16,081 bases of DNA from Candidatus Thorarchaeota archaeon (GTDB taxonomy: Archaea; Asgardarchaeota; Thorarchaeia; Thorarchaeales; Thorarchaeaceae): the NCBI GenBank assembly GCA_016839605.1, contig JAEOTX010000234.1, positions 1 through 16,081 on the forward strand, in the 5' to 3' direction. Within the stretch, counting starts at the first letter, position 1. Each line of letters opens with the position of its first letter. The notes beneath the pieces were generated by a model that saw nothing but the letters and a program-made list of their open reading frames with translations, was not told the origin of the DNA and made no database searches. A program made the translations under genes and the position numbers. Shown in pieces: positions 1 to 7,605 of this stretch.

Positions 1-674
1 CCCGGTGTATCGATTATCTGGACGTTCTTGTTTCCAACTGTTAGATGCCCGATAATCACCTTCTTTGTTGTGAAGGGATAGTGCGCTATCTCGGGTTCTG
101 CAGTGGAAACAGCCTTCACAAGAGTGGATTTACCAACATTTGGAAAACCAGCACAGACAATGGTAGGTTCGTTTGGCGCAACTCCGGGAAGTCGAGCCAT
201 TTTCATCTTTGCTTCTATAATGAAATCGAGATTAGGAGCAGTTGCACGTAGAATAGATGATATTCGTCCCTTTGCTGCTCTGCGTGTCTTTTTCATCTGT
301 CGAAAGTCATCAGCGAGCTTCAATGCCTGGATGTGGTTGTTAGTGATATCGTCAATGGGTGGTATGCAGTTGTAGACAGCACCCAGGGATTGTTTCAGTC
401 TATCAGTTCCAACAAGAATCTCTGCCAGTTCGTAGTAGAACGGATGTAGTCGGTTCAGAGTCGGGAAGTCTTGTACTGCACTCTTCAGTTTGGACTTGAC
501 CTGCTTGGTAAACTCCTGAAGGCGAGATATCTCTCTAATGCGAGTTCGCTCCACTCTCTTTAGTCTAAGAGAACTCTTCATACTGAGCCTTGTCGACTTC
601 CTGTGGGCGAAATCTATAATCTCCTCTGAGGTCATGATCGTTGGGACCTTTACAAAGGGATTCAACCATTTCAT
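1..674 (-). CDS. NOG1/GTPBP4-family GTP-binding protein (3' end runs off the window)
   Basis: Not in the ORF track. Manual translation from ATG at 674 gives MKWLNPFVKVPTIMTSEEIIDFAHRK...LHPFYYEL...AGFPNVGKSTLV (G1)...YPFTTK (G2)...IIDTPG (G3), open to the window edge. LHPFY and YPFTTK are NOG1 signatures. TTG at 665 is an alternative start. Confidence 0.93.
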   Translation of the reverse strand, partial: MKWLNPFVKVPTIMTSEEIIDFAHRKSTRLSMKSSLRLKRVERTRIREISRLQEFTKQVKSKLKSAVQDFPTLNRLHPFYYELAEILVGTDRLKQSLGAVYNCIPPIDDITNNHIQALKLADDFRQMKKTRRAAKGRISSILRATAPNLDFIIEAKMKMARLPGVAPNEPTIVCAGFPNVGKSTLVKAVSTAEPEIAHYPFTTKKVIIGHLTVGNKNVQIIDTP

Positions 675-723
675 TTCTGACTACAAATCCTGTTAGATTG
701 TGTCCGTACAAAAGGAACAGGTC

Positions 724-780
724 AAAACGTTTTAAACAGAACCTTCCTGACCCTAATCTGGGACTAAGTCCCAACGGAGG
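724..780 (+). promoter_or_regulatory. Putative promoter/operator/RBS of the psmB run
   Basis: TATA-like TTTTAAA at 730-736 overlapping the palindrome AAAACGTTTT (724-733). Perfect 7-1-7 palindrome TGGGACT-A-AGTCCCA at 759-773. SD GGAGG at 776-780, ahead of ATG 791. Confidence 0.5.
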
Positions 781-790
781 TCTTGTGTTA

Positions 791-1384
791 ATGTCACTTC
801 CTACTGGTGCAACTGTTGTCGGAATAAAATGCAGCGATGGTGCCGTTGTCGCAACTGATTCATTGGTCAGCTGGGGCACTTTCATACTCACAGACAAAGG
901 TGTCAAGGCATTCAAGCTGACTGACTCCATAGTCTTGGCCTCTGCTGGGCTCACGTCAGACTATCAGATGCTCGTGAATAGGCTTCAGGCTTATATCAAA
1001 CTCTACGAGCTTAATCAGAAGAAAGCCATCAGTGTTAAAGCCCTCGCCAAGATGATTGCCAATACTCTGTACCAGCAGAAGATGGCACCCCTCTATGTAC
1101 AGACTGTAATTGTTGGGGTGGATGATAGTGGTCCTGCACTCTATTCACTTGATATGGGTGGTTCACTCATTCCTGATGAGTACACAGCCACAGGTAGTGG
1201 GACACAGACCGCCTACGGTGTCCTAGAGAGAGATTACAAAGAAGGACTGACTGTCAAGGAAGCCGAGAAGATTGCAGTCACTGCAGTGAAGGCAGGGATT
1301 GCTAGAGATGCACAGTCTGGTGGGTCTATCCGTGTGATGACAGTAACAAAGGATGGGGTCACTGAACAAGTCGTCGATAACTAG
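791..1384 (+). CDS. psmB: Proteasome subunit beta, predicted non-catalytic (Thr1 replaced by Ala)
   Basis: MSLPTG|ATVVGIKCSDGAVVATD...K33...ATGSG...ARDAQSGG is the Ntn-hydrolase beta-subunit pattern. Start moved from 641 to ATG 791 because of the GGAGG SD and because 641-674 overlaps the NOG1 gene. Confidence 0.93.
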   Translation: MSLPTGATVVGIKCSDGAVVATDSLVSWGTFILTDKGVKAFKLTDSIVLASAGLTSDYQMLVNRLQAYIKLYELNQKKAISVKALAKMIANTLYQQKMAPLYVQTVIVGVDDSGPALYSLDMGGSLIPDEYTATGSGTQTAYGVLERDYKEGLTVKEAEKIAVTAVKAGIARDAQSGGSIRVMTVTKDGVTEQVVDN

Positions 1385-2646
1385 TGCGTGTGCATTGTTT
1401 GGGATCTCATCATTTGATTTTCCGCACTCATTCCTCTACACGATATAGCGTAGCAGCACTTCTTGGGTCCATAGAAACGGACCATCGCTTAGCCGAGCTT
1501 GAAGTAAGTGCACCTCTTGAGCTCTCAGATAACATGATTCAGCGAGTGGTTGACCGAGGAAGAGTTGTAATTGCTCAGTCAGTCATGAGTACACAGATTG
1601 ACCGAGTATTTCGTGAGAACAGAATGGTAAGGGATCGATTTGGTGACTCAGTCATACTTGTCGCGGGCGGGCCTCACGCAAGTGCAAGACCTAAGGAATT
1701 GCTAGATGCGGGCTTTGATTTTGTTGTGGTGGGTGAGGGAGAGAAGACGTTCAGGGATTTGATGTGGTGTTTGATCAATGATAATGATCCTGCAAATCTA
1801 GACGGCGTTGCTACGGAAGATGATGTTTCCTTCCCAAAGCCAAGAGACCTTCCGAAAGTTTCACTCGACGATTATCCCCCATTTGCATTGGGCATGAATA
1901 TACTTGGGCCGGTCGAAGTGACTCGGGGATGTCCATTTGCCTGCAAGTTTTGCTGTACGCCGTTTCTGACTGGCGGGGGTGTAAGACACAGGTCTGTGGA
2001 ATCGGTTATGCATTGGCTCAAGCAAGCTGTTCAGAAGAGTGGTTTCAGAAGAACATGGTTTCTCTCACCTAATGCCCTATCATATGGTGGAAAGGGACGT
2101 GATGTGGTCCCTGACAAGCTGGAACAGCTGCTAAAAGAGTCAACTGCGGTGGAGGGCCTTGAGGAGGTCTTCTTTGGGGCTTTTCCATCTGAGGTGAGGC
2201 CTGAATTTGTCAACAAGCCGATTTTGGAGATGATGCGAACCTATGTGGCAAATGACACACTCCAGATAGGGCTTCAATCAGCCAGTGACAAGGTTCTCGA
2301 ATACAGCAATCGTCATCATACTGTGAGTGAGGGGTTAAATGCAGTAGAGATCGCACTCGATTGTGGTTTCACGCCACATGTTGATATGATATTTGGACTT
2401 CCAGGTGAAACAAGGAAGGAACTAGATGATACTATAGACATGTGCCAGGCGCTCTCAGACTTGGGTGCAAGGGTCCATGGTCATGTCTTCATGCCATTAC
2501 CAGGCAGCAGTTTCGAGAACATGCCGCCCGGAAGACTGGACCAAGAAAGTAGAAGCACACTGGGAGAGCTTTCACGGAGAGGTGTTTTGACTGGGTCTTG
2601 GAGTAGCCAAGAGGGTCTAGCAGCAAGATTAGCTGCACCTGAGTGA
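1384..2646 (+). CDS. B12-binding domain/radical SAM protein (TIGR04013-like)
   Basis: N-terminal cobalamin-binding-type motif VAGGPHAS...VVVGEGE, followed by EVTRGCPFACKFC (CxxxCxxC), PSEVRPE and DMIFGLPGET. The GTG start overlaps the psmB stop. Confidence 0.85.
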   Translation: MRVHCLGSHHLIFRTHSSTRYSVAALLGSIETDHRLAELEVSAPLELSDNMIQRVVDRGRVVIAQSVMSTQIDRVFRENRMVRDRFGDSVILVAGGPHASARPKELLDAGFDFVVVGEGEKTFRDLMWCLINDNDPANLDGVATEDDVSFPKPRDLPKVSLDDYPPFALGMNILGPVEVTRGCPFACKFCCTPFLTGGGVRHRSVESVMHWLKQAVQKSGFRRTWFLSPNALSYGGKGRDVVPDKLEQLLKESTAVEGLEEVFFGAFPSEVRPEFVNKPILEMMRTYVANDTLQIGLQSASDKVLEYSNRHHTVSEGLNAVEIALDCGFTPHVDMIFGLPGETRKELDDTIDMCQALSDLGARVHGHVFMPLPGSSFENMPPGRLDQESRSTLGELSRRGVLTGSWSSQEGLAARLAAPE

Positions 2647-2717
2647 TGCAATGGCTATTGCCAAACGCTCATAAGACAGGTCCTCGGACTAGGCCCGAAT
2701 GCACCTTGAGTTCTGAC

Positions 2718-3677
2718 ATGCCTACTGAATTGAGAGAGAAGCTCAAACGGCAGGGGTATCATCTTCTTGGAGAGCGAGGAGCATTCAAAGCATGTCAGTG
2801 GCAGAGGAAGAGTCTGGTGCATGGAGATGTCTGCTATAAGCAGCGATTCTATGGAATTGAGAGTCATAGATGCCTGCAGATGACTCCAGTTGTTGACAAA
2901 TGCACTCAGAGCTGCGTTTTCTGCTGGCGAGTCACACCTGCAGATGTAGGTGTGAAATGGAATCAGACAGGTGTCACAAATGAGGGTGTGCTTCCACCGT
3001 CTGAATTGCTAGACCAGACCCTTATGGCCAACCTCAGGTCATTAGGTGGATACAATCCGGAAGTTGCCCCAAGTGTTTCCGCTGAGAAATATAATGAAGC
3101 CAGAGATCCAAAGCATCTGGCCATATCACTAGCTGGAGAGCCAACACTCTATCCATATCTAAGCGGACTCATTGATGAGGGGGAGCGCCGTGGTATGACC
3201 ACATTTCTTGTGACTAATGGAACGCAGCCAAAGGTGCTAGCTGAAATGTCACTCCCCACACAGCTCTATGTCACTCTAGCAGCACCCAATGAAGACGTCT
3301 ACAGATTGTTATGCAGACCGGGTGTGTCTGACGGTTGGAAAAAACTGAATGAAACACAAGAGTTGCTTCATTCACTCTCATGTCGACGCACGAATCGACT
3401 CACCATGGTCGAAGGACAGAACATGCATGGGGCTCGTTCCTATGCGGATATGATTCTGAAGGGAGAGCCGGACTTTGTTGAAGTGAAGGGCTTCATGTTT
3501 CTAGGCTCGTCAAGGGGAAGACTTGCCCAGGAAAACGCTCCCTCTCACCGAGAGATTCGTGCCTTTTCTGAGATGCTAGCATCGCTAACGGGGTATTATT
3601 TACAAGACGAGCAGATTGAAAGCAGAGTCGTTCTGTTAGCACGTAAGAAACACATAAAGAAGATTCACAATATTTGA
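2718..3677 (+). CDS. taw1: tRNA 4-demethylwyosine (imG-14) synthase Taw1/TYW1
   Basis: KACQWQRKSL, CYKQRFYGIESHRCLQMTP, CTQSCVFCWR, HLAISLAGEPTLYP, FLVTNGT, FVEVKGFMFLGSSR. Start taken as ATG 2718; the track start 2643 (GTG overlapping the upstream stop) is an alternative. Confidence 0.95.
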   Translation: MPTELREKLKRQGYHLLGERGAFKACQWQRKSLVHGDVCYKQRFYGIESHRCLQMTPVVDKCTQSCVFCWRVTPADVGVKWNQTGVTNEGVLPPSELLDQTLMANLRSLGGYNPEVAPSVSAEKYNEARDPKHLAISLAGEPTLYPYLSGLIDEGERRGMTTFLVTNGTQPKVLAEMSLPTQLYVTLAAPNEDVYRLLCRPGVSDGWKKLNETQELLHSLSCRRTNRLTMVEGQNMHGARSYADMILKGEPDFVEVKGFMFLGSSRGRLAQENAPSHREIRAFSEMLASLTGYYLQDEQIESRVVLLARKKHIKKIHNI

Positions 3678-3678
3678 G

Positions 3679-4329
3679 GTGGTGGCGACAGCCATGAAAC
3701 TTTCCGAGATTCTTAAACCTATGAGGGCTGAGATCGAAACTGATGATGGAGTTCGAGAGAAGGTACTCCCGCTGTCAAGATCTGCAGTAAGAAAGTGTAG
3801 TGAGTCAATAAAGGAAACCCATAGAGGAAACTTTGACTCAGCTGAGAAGCTGCTATCTGAGGCTCGCGAAACTGCAGAGCAGGCTGCAAAGGAGATGAAA
3901 GGGAGTGAGTTCGTGTCCCGTTCCAAGTCGCTTGATGTTGCATATCAAGAGATAGCAGAAGCGGTAAATCTGTTGTCCCTACTCAGAGACGGTACCTTTA
4001 CTCCGCCTGAGAAGTTCGGGATTCCTACAAGGGCCTACCTCACTGGTCTTGCAGATACTATTGGCGAGCTGCGAAGAGCAGTATTGGACTCGCTTCGGGA
4101 GGAGAGAGTTGATTCTGCAGTGAACTTACTTGGTTTCATGGAGGAGATACTCGACGAGCTGCACACGTTCGATTTCCCAAATGCTCTAGTGCCAGAACTC
4201 AGGAGAAAATGTGATGTTGGCAGGTCTATTATTGAACGAACCCGTGGTGACATTACCGCCGCTATACAACAGAGCAAGTTGGTGAAGGAACTCAGAGGGT
4301 TTGAAGACCGACTTAGAGGCAATCAATAA
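3679..4329 (+). CDS. Translin/TRAX family (C3PO-like) RNA/DNA-binding endonuclease
   Basis: Predicted all-helical. DDGVREKVLPLSR, YQEIAEA, YLTGLADTIGELRR and LRRKCDVGRSIIERTR match the translin family. The start may be ATG 3694. Confidence 0.88.
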   Translation: MVATAMKLSEILKPMRAEIETDDGVREKVLPLSRSAVRKCSESIKETHRGNFDSAEKLLSEARETAEQAAKEMKGSEFVSRSKSLDVAYQEIAEAVNLLSLLRDGTFTPPEKFGIPTRAYLTGLADTIGELRRAVLDSLREERVDSAVNLLGFMEEILDELHTFDFPNALVPELRRKCDVGRSIIERTRGDITAAIQQSKLVKELRGFEDRLRGNQ

Positions 4330-4357
4330 TAAGAGGGAGCAAGGAGAGCAAAGTGAG

Positions 4358-5035
4358 ATGATTGCACCGGACGTTTGGTTCACTCTATATGTATTGGCTC
4401 ATGAGGGTGCAGTCCATAAGAGGGCGGTCTTGACAACGCGAAAGCTTGGTGATCTTCTGGGAGTCAGTCAGCAGACAGCTTCCCGTAGAGTCACATACTG
4501 TGCTGAAGAAGGCTATGTGAGTAGAGTACACACCGCCAATGGGATGCTAATTCAGCTGACAAAGAAAGGTGCCAAAGAACTGAGACGAGTGATGACAAAC
4601 CTAGAGCTCGTCCTTGTTCCACGTGAAGAGGAAATAGTAATTGCAGGACGAGTTGTACATGGTCTTGGAGAAGGAGCATACTACGTCGATGCATATTCGC
4701 CCAGATTTCATGAGTCCCTTGGATTTGAGCCATATTCAGGGACTCTCAATGTCAAAATAGTTGATGATGACTCACGAAGTGCAATCAACAGAATGAAGCA
4801 GACACCTCCACTCATTGTACCAGGGTTCACTTACGAGGGTCGGTCATTTGGAGACGTGGTCTGCTATCGTGTCAAGGTGAATCAGAAAATAGATGGTGCT
4901 GTGGTCATTGCTCAGAGAACTCACCATGGTCAGGAAATCCTAGAGGTAATCTCAGAAGTCAACCTGAGGTCCAAACTGAAAATCAAGGACAACGATCTCG
5001 TGACCCTTACTATTGTCCCGCTGCACAGAGCCTAA
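4358..5035 (+). CDS. ribK: CTP-dependent riboflavin kinase with N-terminal winged HTH (RbkR-like bifunctional regulator/kinase)
   Basis: wHTH TTRKLGDLLGVSQQTASRRV...LTKKG. Kinase motifs GRVVHGLGEGAYYV, LGFEPYSGTLNV, RTHH and LEVISEVNLR. Start moved to ATG 4358. Confidence 0.9.
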   Translation: MIAPDVWFTLYVLAHEGAVHKRAVLTTRKLGDLLGVSQQTASRRVTYCAEEGYVSRVHTANGMLIQLTKKGAKELRRVMTNLELVLVPREEEIVIAGRVVHGLGEGAYYVDAYSPRFHESLGFEPYSGTLNVKIVDDDSRSAINRMKQTPPLIVPGFTYEGRSFGDVVCYRVKVNQKIDGAVVIAQRTHHGQEILEVISEVNLRSKLKIKDNDLVTLTIVPLHRA

Positions 5036-5037
5036 TA

Positions 5038-5718
5038 CTAGTGACCGAACTCTCCAGTGAGAGGCACAAACGCCACTCCACCCCATCTCTTCTTGGTCAC
5101 TTTCGAGTCTTTGTCCTTCTCGACCATCATTAGTTCTTGATAGAACCCCCGAGACCCGATGGGAATTAGCATGATTCCTCCGGGACTGAGCTGGTCTATC
5201 AGGGGTGGTGGAACACTTGGTGCTGCTGCCGCGACAAGAATTCTGTCAAATGGGGCCTTATCCGGGAGGCCTTTCCCGCCATCACCCTGAATGAGAGTCA
5301 CTCTGTCAGCATAACCCGCACGCTCAAGATTACCTCGTGCAAAATCAATGAGTCCCTTGACAATCTCAATTGTATAGACATGTCCTGGATTGGAGGAGTC
5401 CTGCGGTGCTACTATCTCTGCACACAGAGCCGCATGATACCCCGAGCCTGCGCCTATTTCTAAGACTCGATGGCCCTCTACCAGATTCAAGCCTTCACAC
5501 ATAATGACGCACATGTGTGGTGCTGAGATTGTCTGGCCGAGCCCTATGGAGAGAGGGGAATCACGATATGCATGTTTTCTTGACTCTGGTAGTACAAATT
5601 CCTCTCGAGGGACAGCTATGAATGCTTGTTTCACGACTTCTGTGTTGAGATAACCTCTACGTTGTAGACTCTGAGCGAGGCCTTCCTTTTGTTTTTCCAG
5701 TGAGCTGTCCCGCATCAT
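5038..5718 (-). CDS. pcm: Protein-L-isoaspartate O-methyltransferase
   Basis: VPREEFV, AYRDSPLSIGLGQTISAPHM, VLEIGAGSGYHAA, APFDRILVAAAAP, QLSPGG, VAFVPL. Start at ATG 5718 or 5715, not 5811. Confidence 0.95.
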   Translation of the reverse strand: MMRDSSLEKQKEGLAQSLQRRGYLNTEVVKQAFIAVPREEFVLPESRKHAYRDSPLSIGLGQTISAPHMCVIMCEGLNLVEGHRVLEIGAGSGYHAALCAEIVAPQDSSNPGHVYTIEIVKGLIDFARGNLERAGYADRVTLIQGDGGKGLPDKAPFDRILVAAAAPSVPPPLIDQLSPGGIMLIPIGSRGFYQELMMVEKDKDSKVTKKRWGGVAFVPLTGEFGH

Positions 5719-5774
5719 TACCGGTACACGAATGAACATGCAATGATAAAAGCGTTGACCGCCATGGCCTGGAC

Positions 5775-6200
5775 ATGCAAAGAGTGAGGTTTCGGGCCTG
5801 TGGACATGCAAATGTGATTGGGGAACACAGGACTACGGTAGAGATTACCACTGAAGACTACCTTACTCAAGAGGGTACTTGCATCATAGGGATTCGAGCT
5901 GACCAAGCATTGAATGAGGTACCCGATGAAATCAAGGCACTTGCAGCGTCAGAGAAAACCAAGATCATTCTGAAACTGAAAGCAGGTAATCTTACAGAGG
6001 CGGTAACAGGGAGAGGGAATCCAGGGCTCACATATTCAGATGCGGTCAGCATGGTGGCAAGAAAGAGCTCATTTGTCTGCGATAGGACTCTTATGGTAGG
6101 TGCTGACAAGGCGGCTTCTGATCTGGACCGCTCGTTTGTTGATGCCTTGAAGGATTCTAGTGCGTCAATAGAGTGTGAGCTACTCTTTGTCACTGAATGA
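5775..6200 (+). CDS. DUF371 family archaeal protein
   Basis: GHANVIGEHRTTVEIT, LTQEGTCIIGI, VARKSSFVCDRTL and ADKAASDLDR are typical DUF371 motifs. Confidence 0.88.
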   Translation: MQRVRFRACGHANVIGEHRTTVEITTEDYLTQEGTCIIGIRADQALNEVPDEIKALAASEKTKIILKLKAGNLTEAVTGRGNPGLTYSDAVSMVARKSSFVCDRTLMVGADKAASDLDRSFVDALKDSSASIECELLFVTE

Positions 6201-7260
6201 CTACATCCGCAACCATCTGATACTCATAGGGGGCGCTATCGCGCACTCTACGGATAGTTTCAATCCGAGCTACTTCTCTGCCACTCTCGTTGACAAGACC
6301 GGTAATCTTCTCGGTCAGGCTGCCCTCGGGGTCTTCTCCGCCCATGAATTCGTAGTAGTGCATGACTCCCTCGGGTTTTAGAGCCTTACAAGCATCCCCG
6401 ACAAACTCGAATGCTCCAGCTGGGTGATTCATGATCACACGATCGACATCACCATCAAAGCCGCTCTGGATGTATTCGTGGGTATCTCCAAGTATTGGTA
6501 TGACTTCTCCAGCAAAACGATTGAGTTCCAAGCTCTCTTGAAGTAGGTCGATAGCATCTGGGTTGATGTCTACTGCGTAGACTTTGACTCTATGTCGTCT
6601 TGCGATATGCAACGCAAAGGGTCCAACTCCAGTGAACATGTCTATGACCAATTCACCATCTGTAGCTAAATCGGCTATTCGATTGTGCTCCTCAAGCAGC
6701 CTTGGGCTGAAGTAGGCTTTAGCAACATCTACAGCAATTCTGAGATTATACTCGGTGTGAATTGTCTTTGTCTTATTCTGACCTGCAAGAATATCGTATT
6801 GCCGGACCCGTGTTGTTCCAGATATTGGGCCCCTCTTACCAAGTACCGTGTTGAAATTCTTGTGAACTGTCTTTAGAGCGGCGCCAATCTGCCTTGCGTA
6901 GTCCGTGAGCTCGTCAGGAATCTCAATGACTGCTATGTCCCCAACCAAATCATACGCACGTGGAAGTAATTCAAGTAAATCAGAAGGAATCAGACCCACA
7001 AGCGCTTCTGAGAGTGTTTTTGGACCCATAAAGACTGGTGTGAACTCGCGTTTTCCAACCTCGTATTTGATCTTCCCAAGGATCTTCTTGAGGCCCTTCT
7101 CTGTCTTCTTCTTGGTCAATGGGAAGTACAGCCAGTCTTCGTCTTTTGCTATCTTGCACTCAGTATCTAGAAGTTTCGCATCAATAAGGGCCTGTCTAGC
7201 CTTCTCTCCATCACCCACGTTTGTTCGCACGAAAGGTCTATCGAACGACACGGGTATCAT
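6190..7260 (-). CDS. trm5: tRNA (guanine37-N1)-methyltransferase, Trm5 family (with N-terminal D1 domain)
   Basis: RAYDLVGDIAVIE, TIHTEY, KAYFSPRL, VIDMFTGVGPFAL, AVDINP, RVIMNHP, MHYY, VRDSAP. Overlaps DUF371 tail-to-tail by 11 bp. Confidence 0.9.
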   Translation of the reverse strand: MIPVSFDRPFVRTNVGDGEKARQALIDAKLLDTECKIAKDEDWLYFPLTKKKTEKGLKKILGKIKYEVGKREFTPVFMGPKTLSEALVGLIPSDLLELLPRAYDLVGDIAVIEIPDELTDYARQIGAALKTVHKNFNTVLGKRGPISGTTRVRQYDILAGQNKTKTIHTEYNLRIAVDVAKAYFSPRLLEEHNRIADLATDGELVIDMFTGVGPFALHIARRHRVKVYAVDINPDAIDLLQESLELNRFAGEVIPILGDTHEYIQSGFDGDVDRVIMNHPAGAFEFVGDACKALKPEGVMHYYEFMGGEDPEGSLTEKITGLVNESGREVARIETIRRVRDSAPYEYQMVADVVIQ

Positions 7261-7317
7261 TTAGCAAGCGTTCCTAATGAGTCTGGTTGTCGAGGGTATG
7301 CAGCAGTTGCACTAACC

Positions 7318-7360
7318 TTGGACAAAGTTGGACAGGTGCTTATATAGTTCAAATTGGACA
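7318..7360. promoter_or_regulatory. TATA box flanked by three TTGGACA direct repeats
   Basis: TTGGACA at 7318-7324, 7328-7334 and 7354-7360. CTTATATA at 7339-7346 is usable on either strand, for trm5 or for the + strand transcript. Confidence 0.55.
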
Positions 7361-7364
7361 GCAT

Positions 7365-7605
7365 GATGTAGAGGTGGTCAATGACAAGAACCACGTCAAT
7401 GAACTGACTCTACAGTCGCCGCGAGTTGCACGGAAACAGAAAACGCCTGTGGAGAGGACGTAAGACGTCTTGGTAAATCCTCCGAGATTTGTGTGATGCT
7501 GCTTCGATGAATCAGGAACCGAACATCGATTATGGAACGTTATGTCCAAGTCTGTATAAGTTTCGGGCAACGGGAAGGATTATCATCAGGCAAAGACGCG
7601 ACATC
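7365..7605 (+). ncRNA. Candidate structured RNA (ncRNA or long 5' leader), family not recognised
   Basis: No credible protein in the 366-bp gap between trm5 and the likely NTase start. It begins ~20-25 nt after the TATA box. Hand-found helices cover most of the stretch: 7367-7373/7408-7414, 7374-7378/7390-7394, 7395-7398/7405-7408, 7425-7435/7561-7571, 7436-7440/7551-7555, 7455-7461/7465-7471, 7473-7479/7486-7492, 7504-7509/7524-7529, 7415-7419/7598-7602. Confidence 0.45.

Noticed and set aside
641-790. Long proteasome propeptide from the track start at 641
   Set aside because: It overlaps the NOG1 start and the promoter region, and the SD supports ATG 791.
6190-7260. Bifunctional Trm5a/Taw22 or Taw2 assignment
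   Set aside because: MNHP is closer to the MNLP motif of ordinary Trm5. The subtype cannot be resolved without a phylogeny.
7363-7407. Box C/D sRNA (ATGATGT...CTGA)
   Set aside because: The C box is imperfect, there is no properly spaced D'/C' pair, and the would-be guide segments pair with each other.
7381-7476. Selenocysteine read-through of the uORF TGA to give a 31-aa peptide
   Set aside because: No redox motif, no recognisable family and no convincing SECIS.
7425-7545. RNase P RNA (ACGGAAACAGAAAACG resembles the J11/12 region)
   Set aside because: The universally conserved P4 strands (GAGGAAAGUCC-like and the 3' ACAGAA..GGCU) are absent on both strands.
7470-7600. Cobalamin riboswitch (GGGAAGG, TCAGG..AGAC)
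   Set aside because: It lacks the AGGGAA and GCCCCCGCAACUGU/GCCACUG core, and the downstream gene is not obviously B12 related.
7365-7605. SRP RNA
   Set aside because: The 5' junction has an Alu-like layout, but there is no helix-8 CAGG-GNRA-AGCA motif, no UGU turn and no long continuous helix 5.
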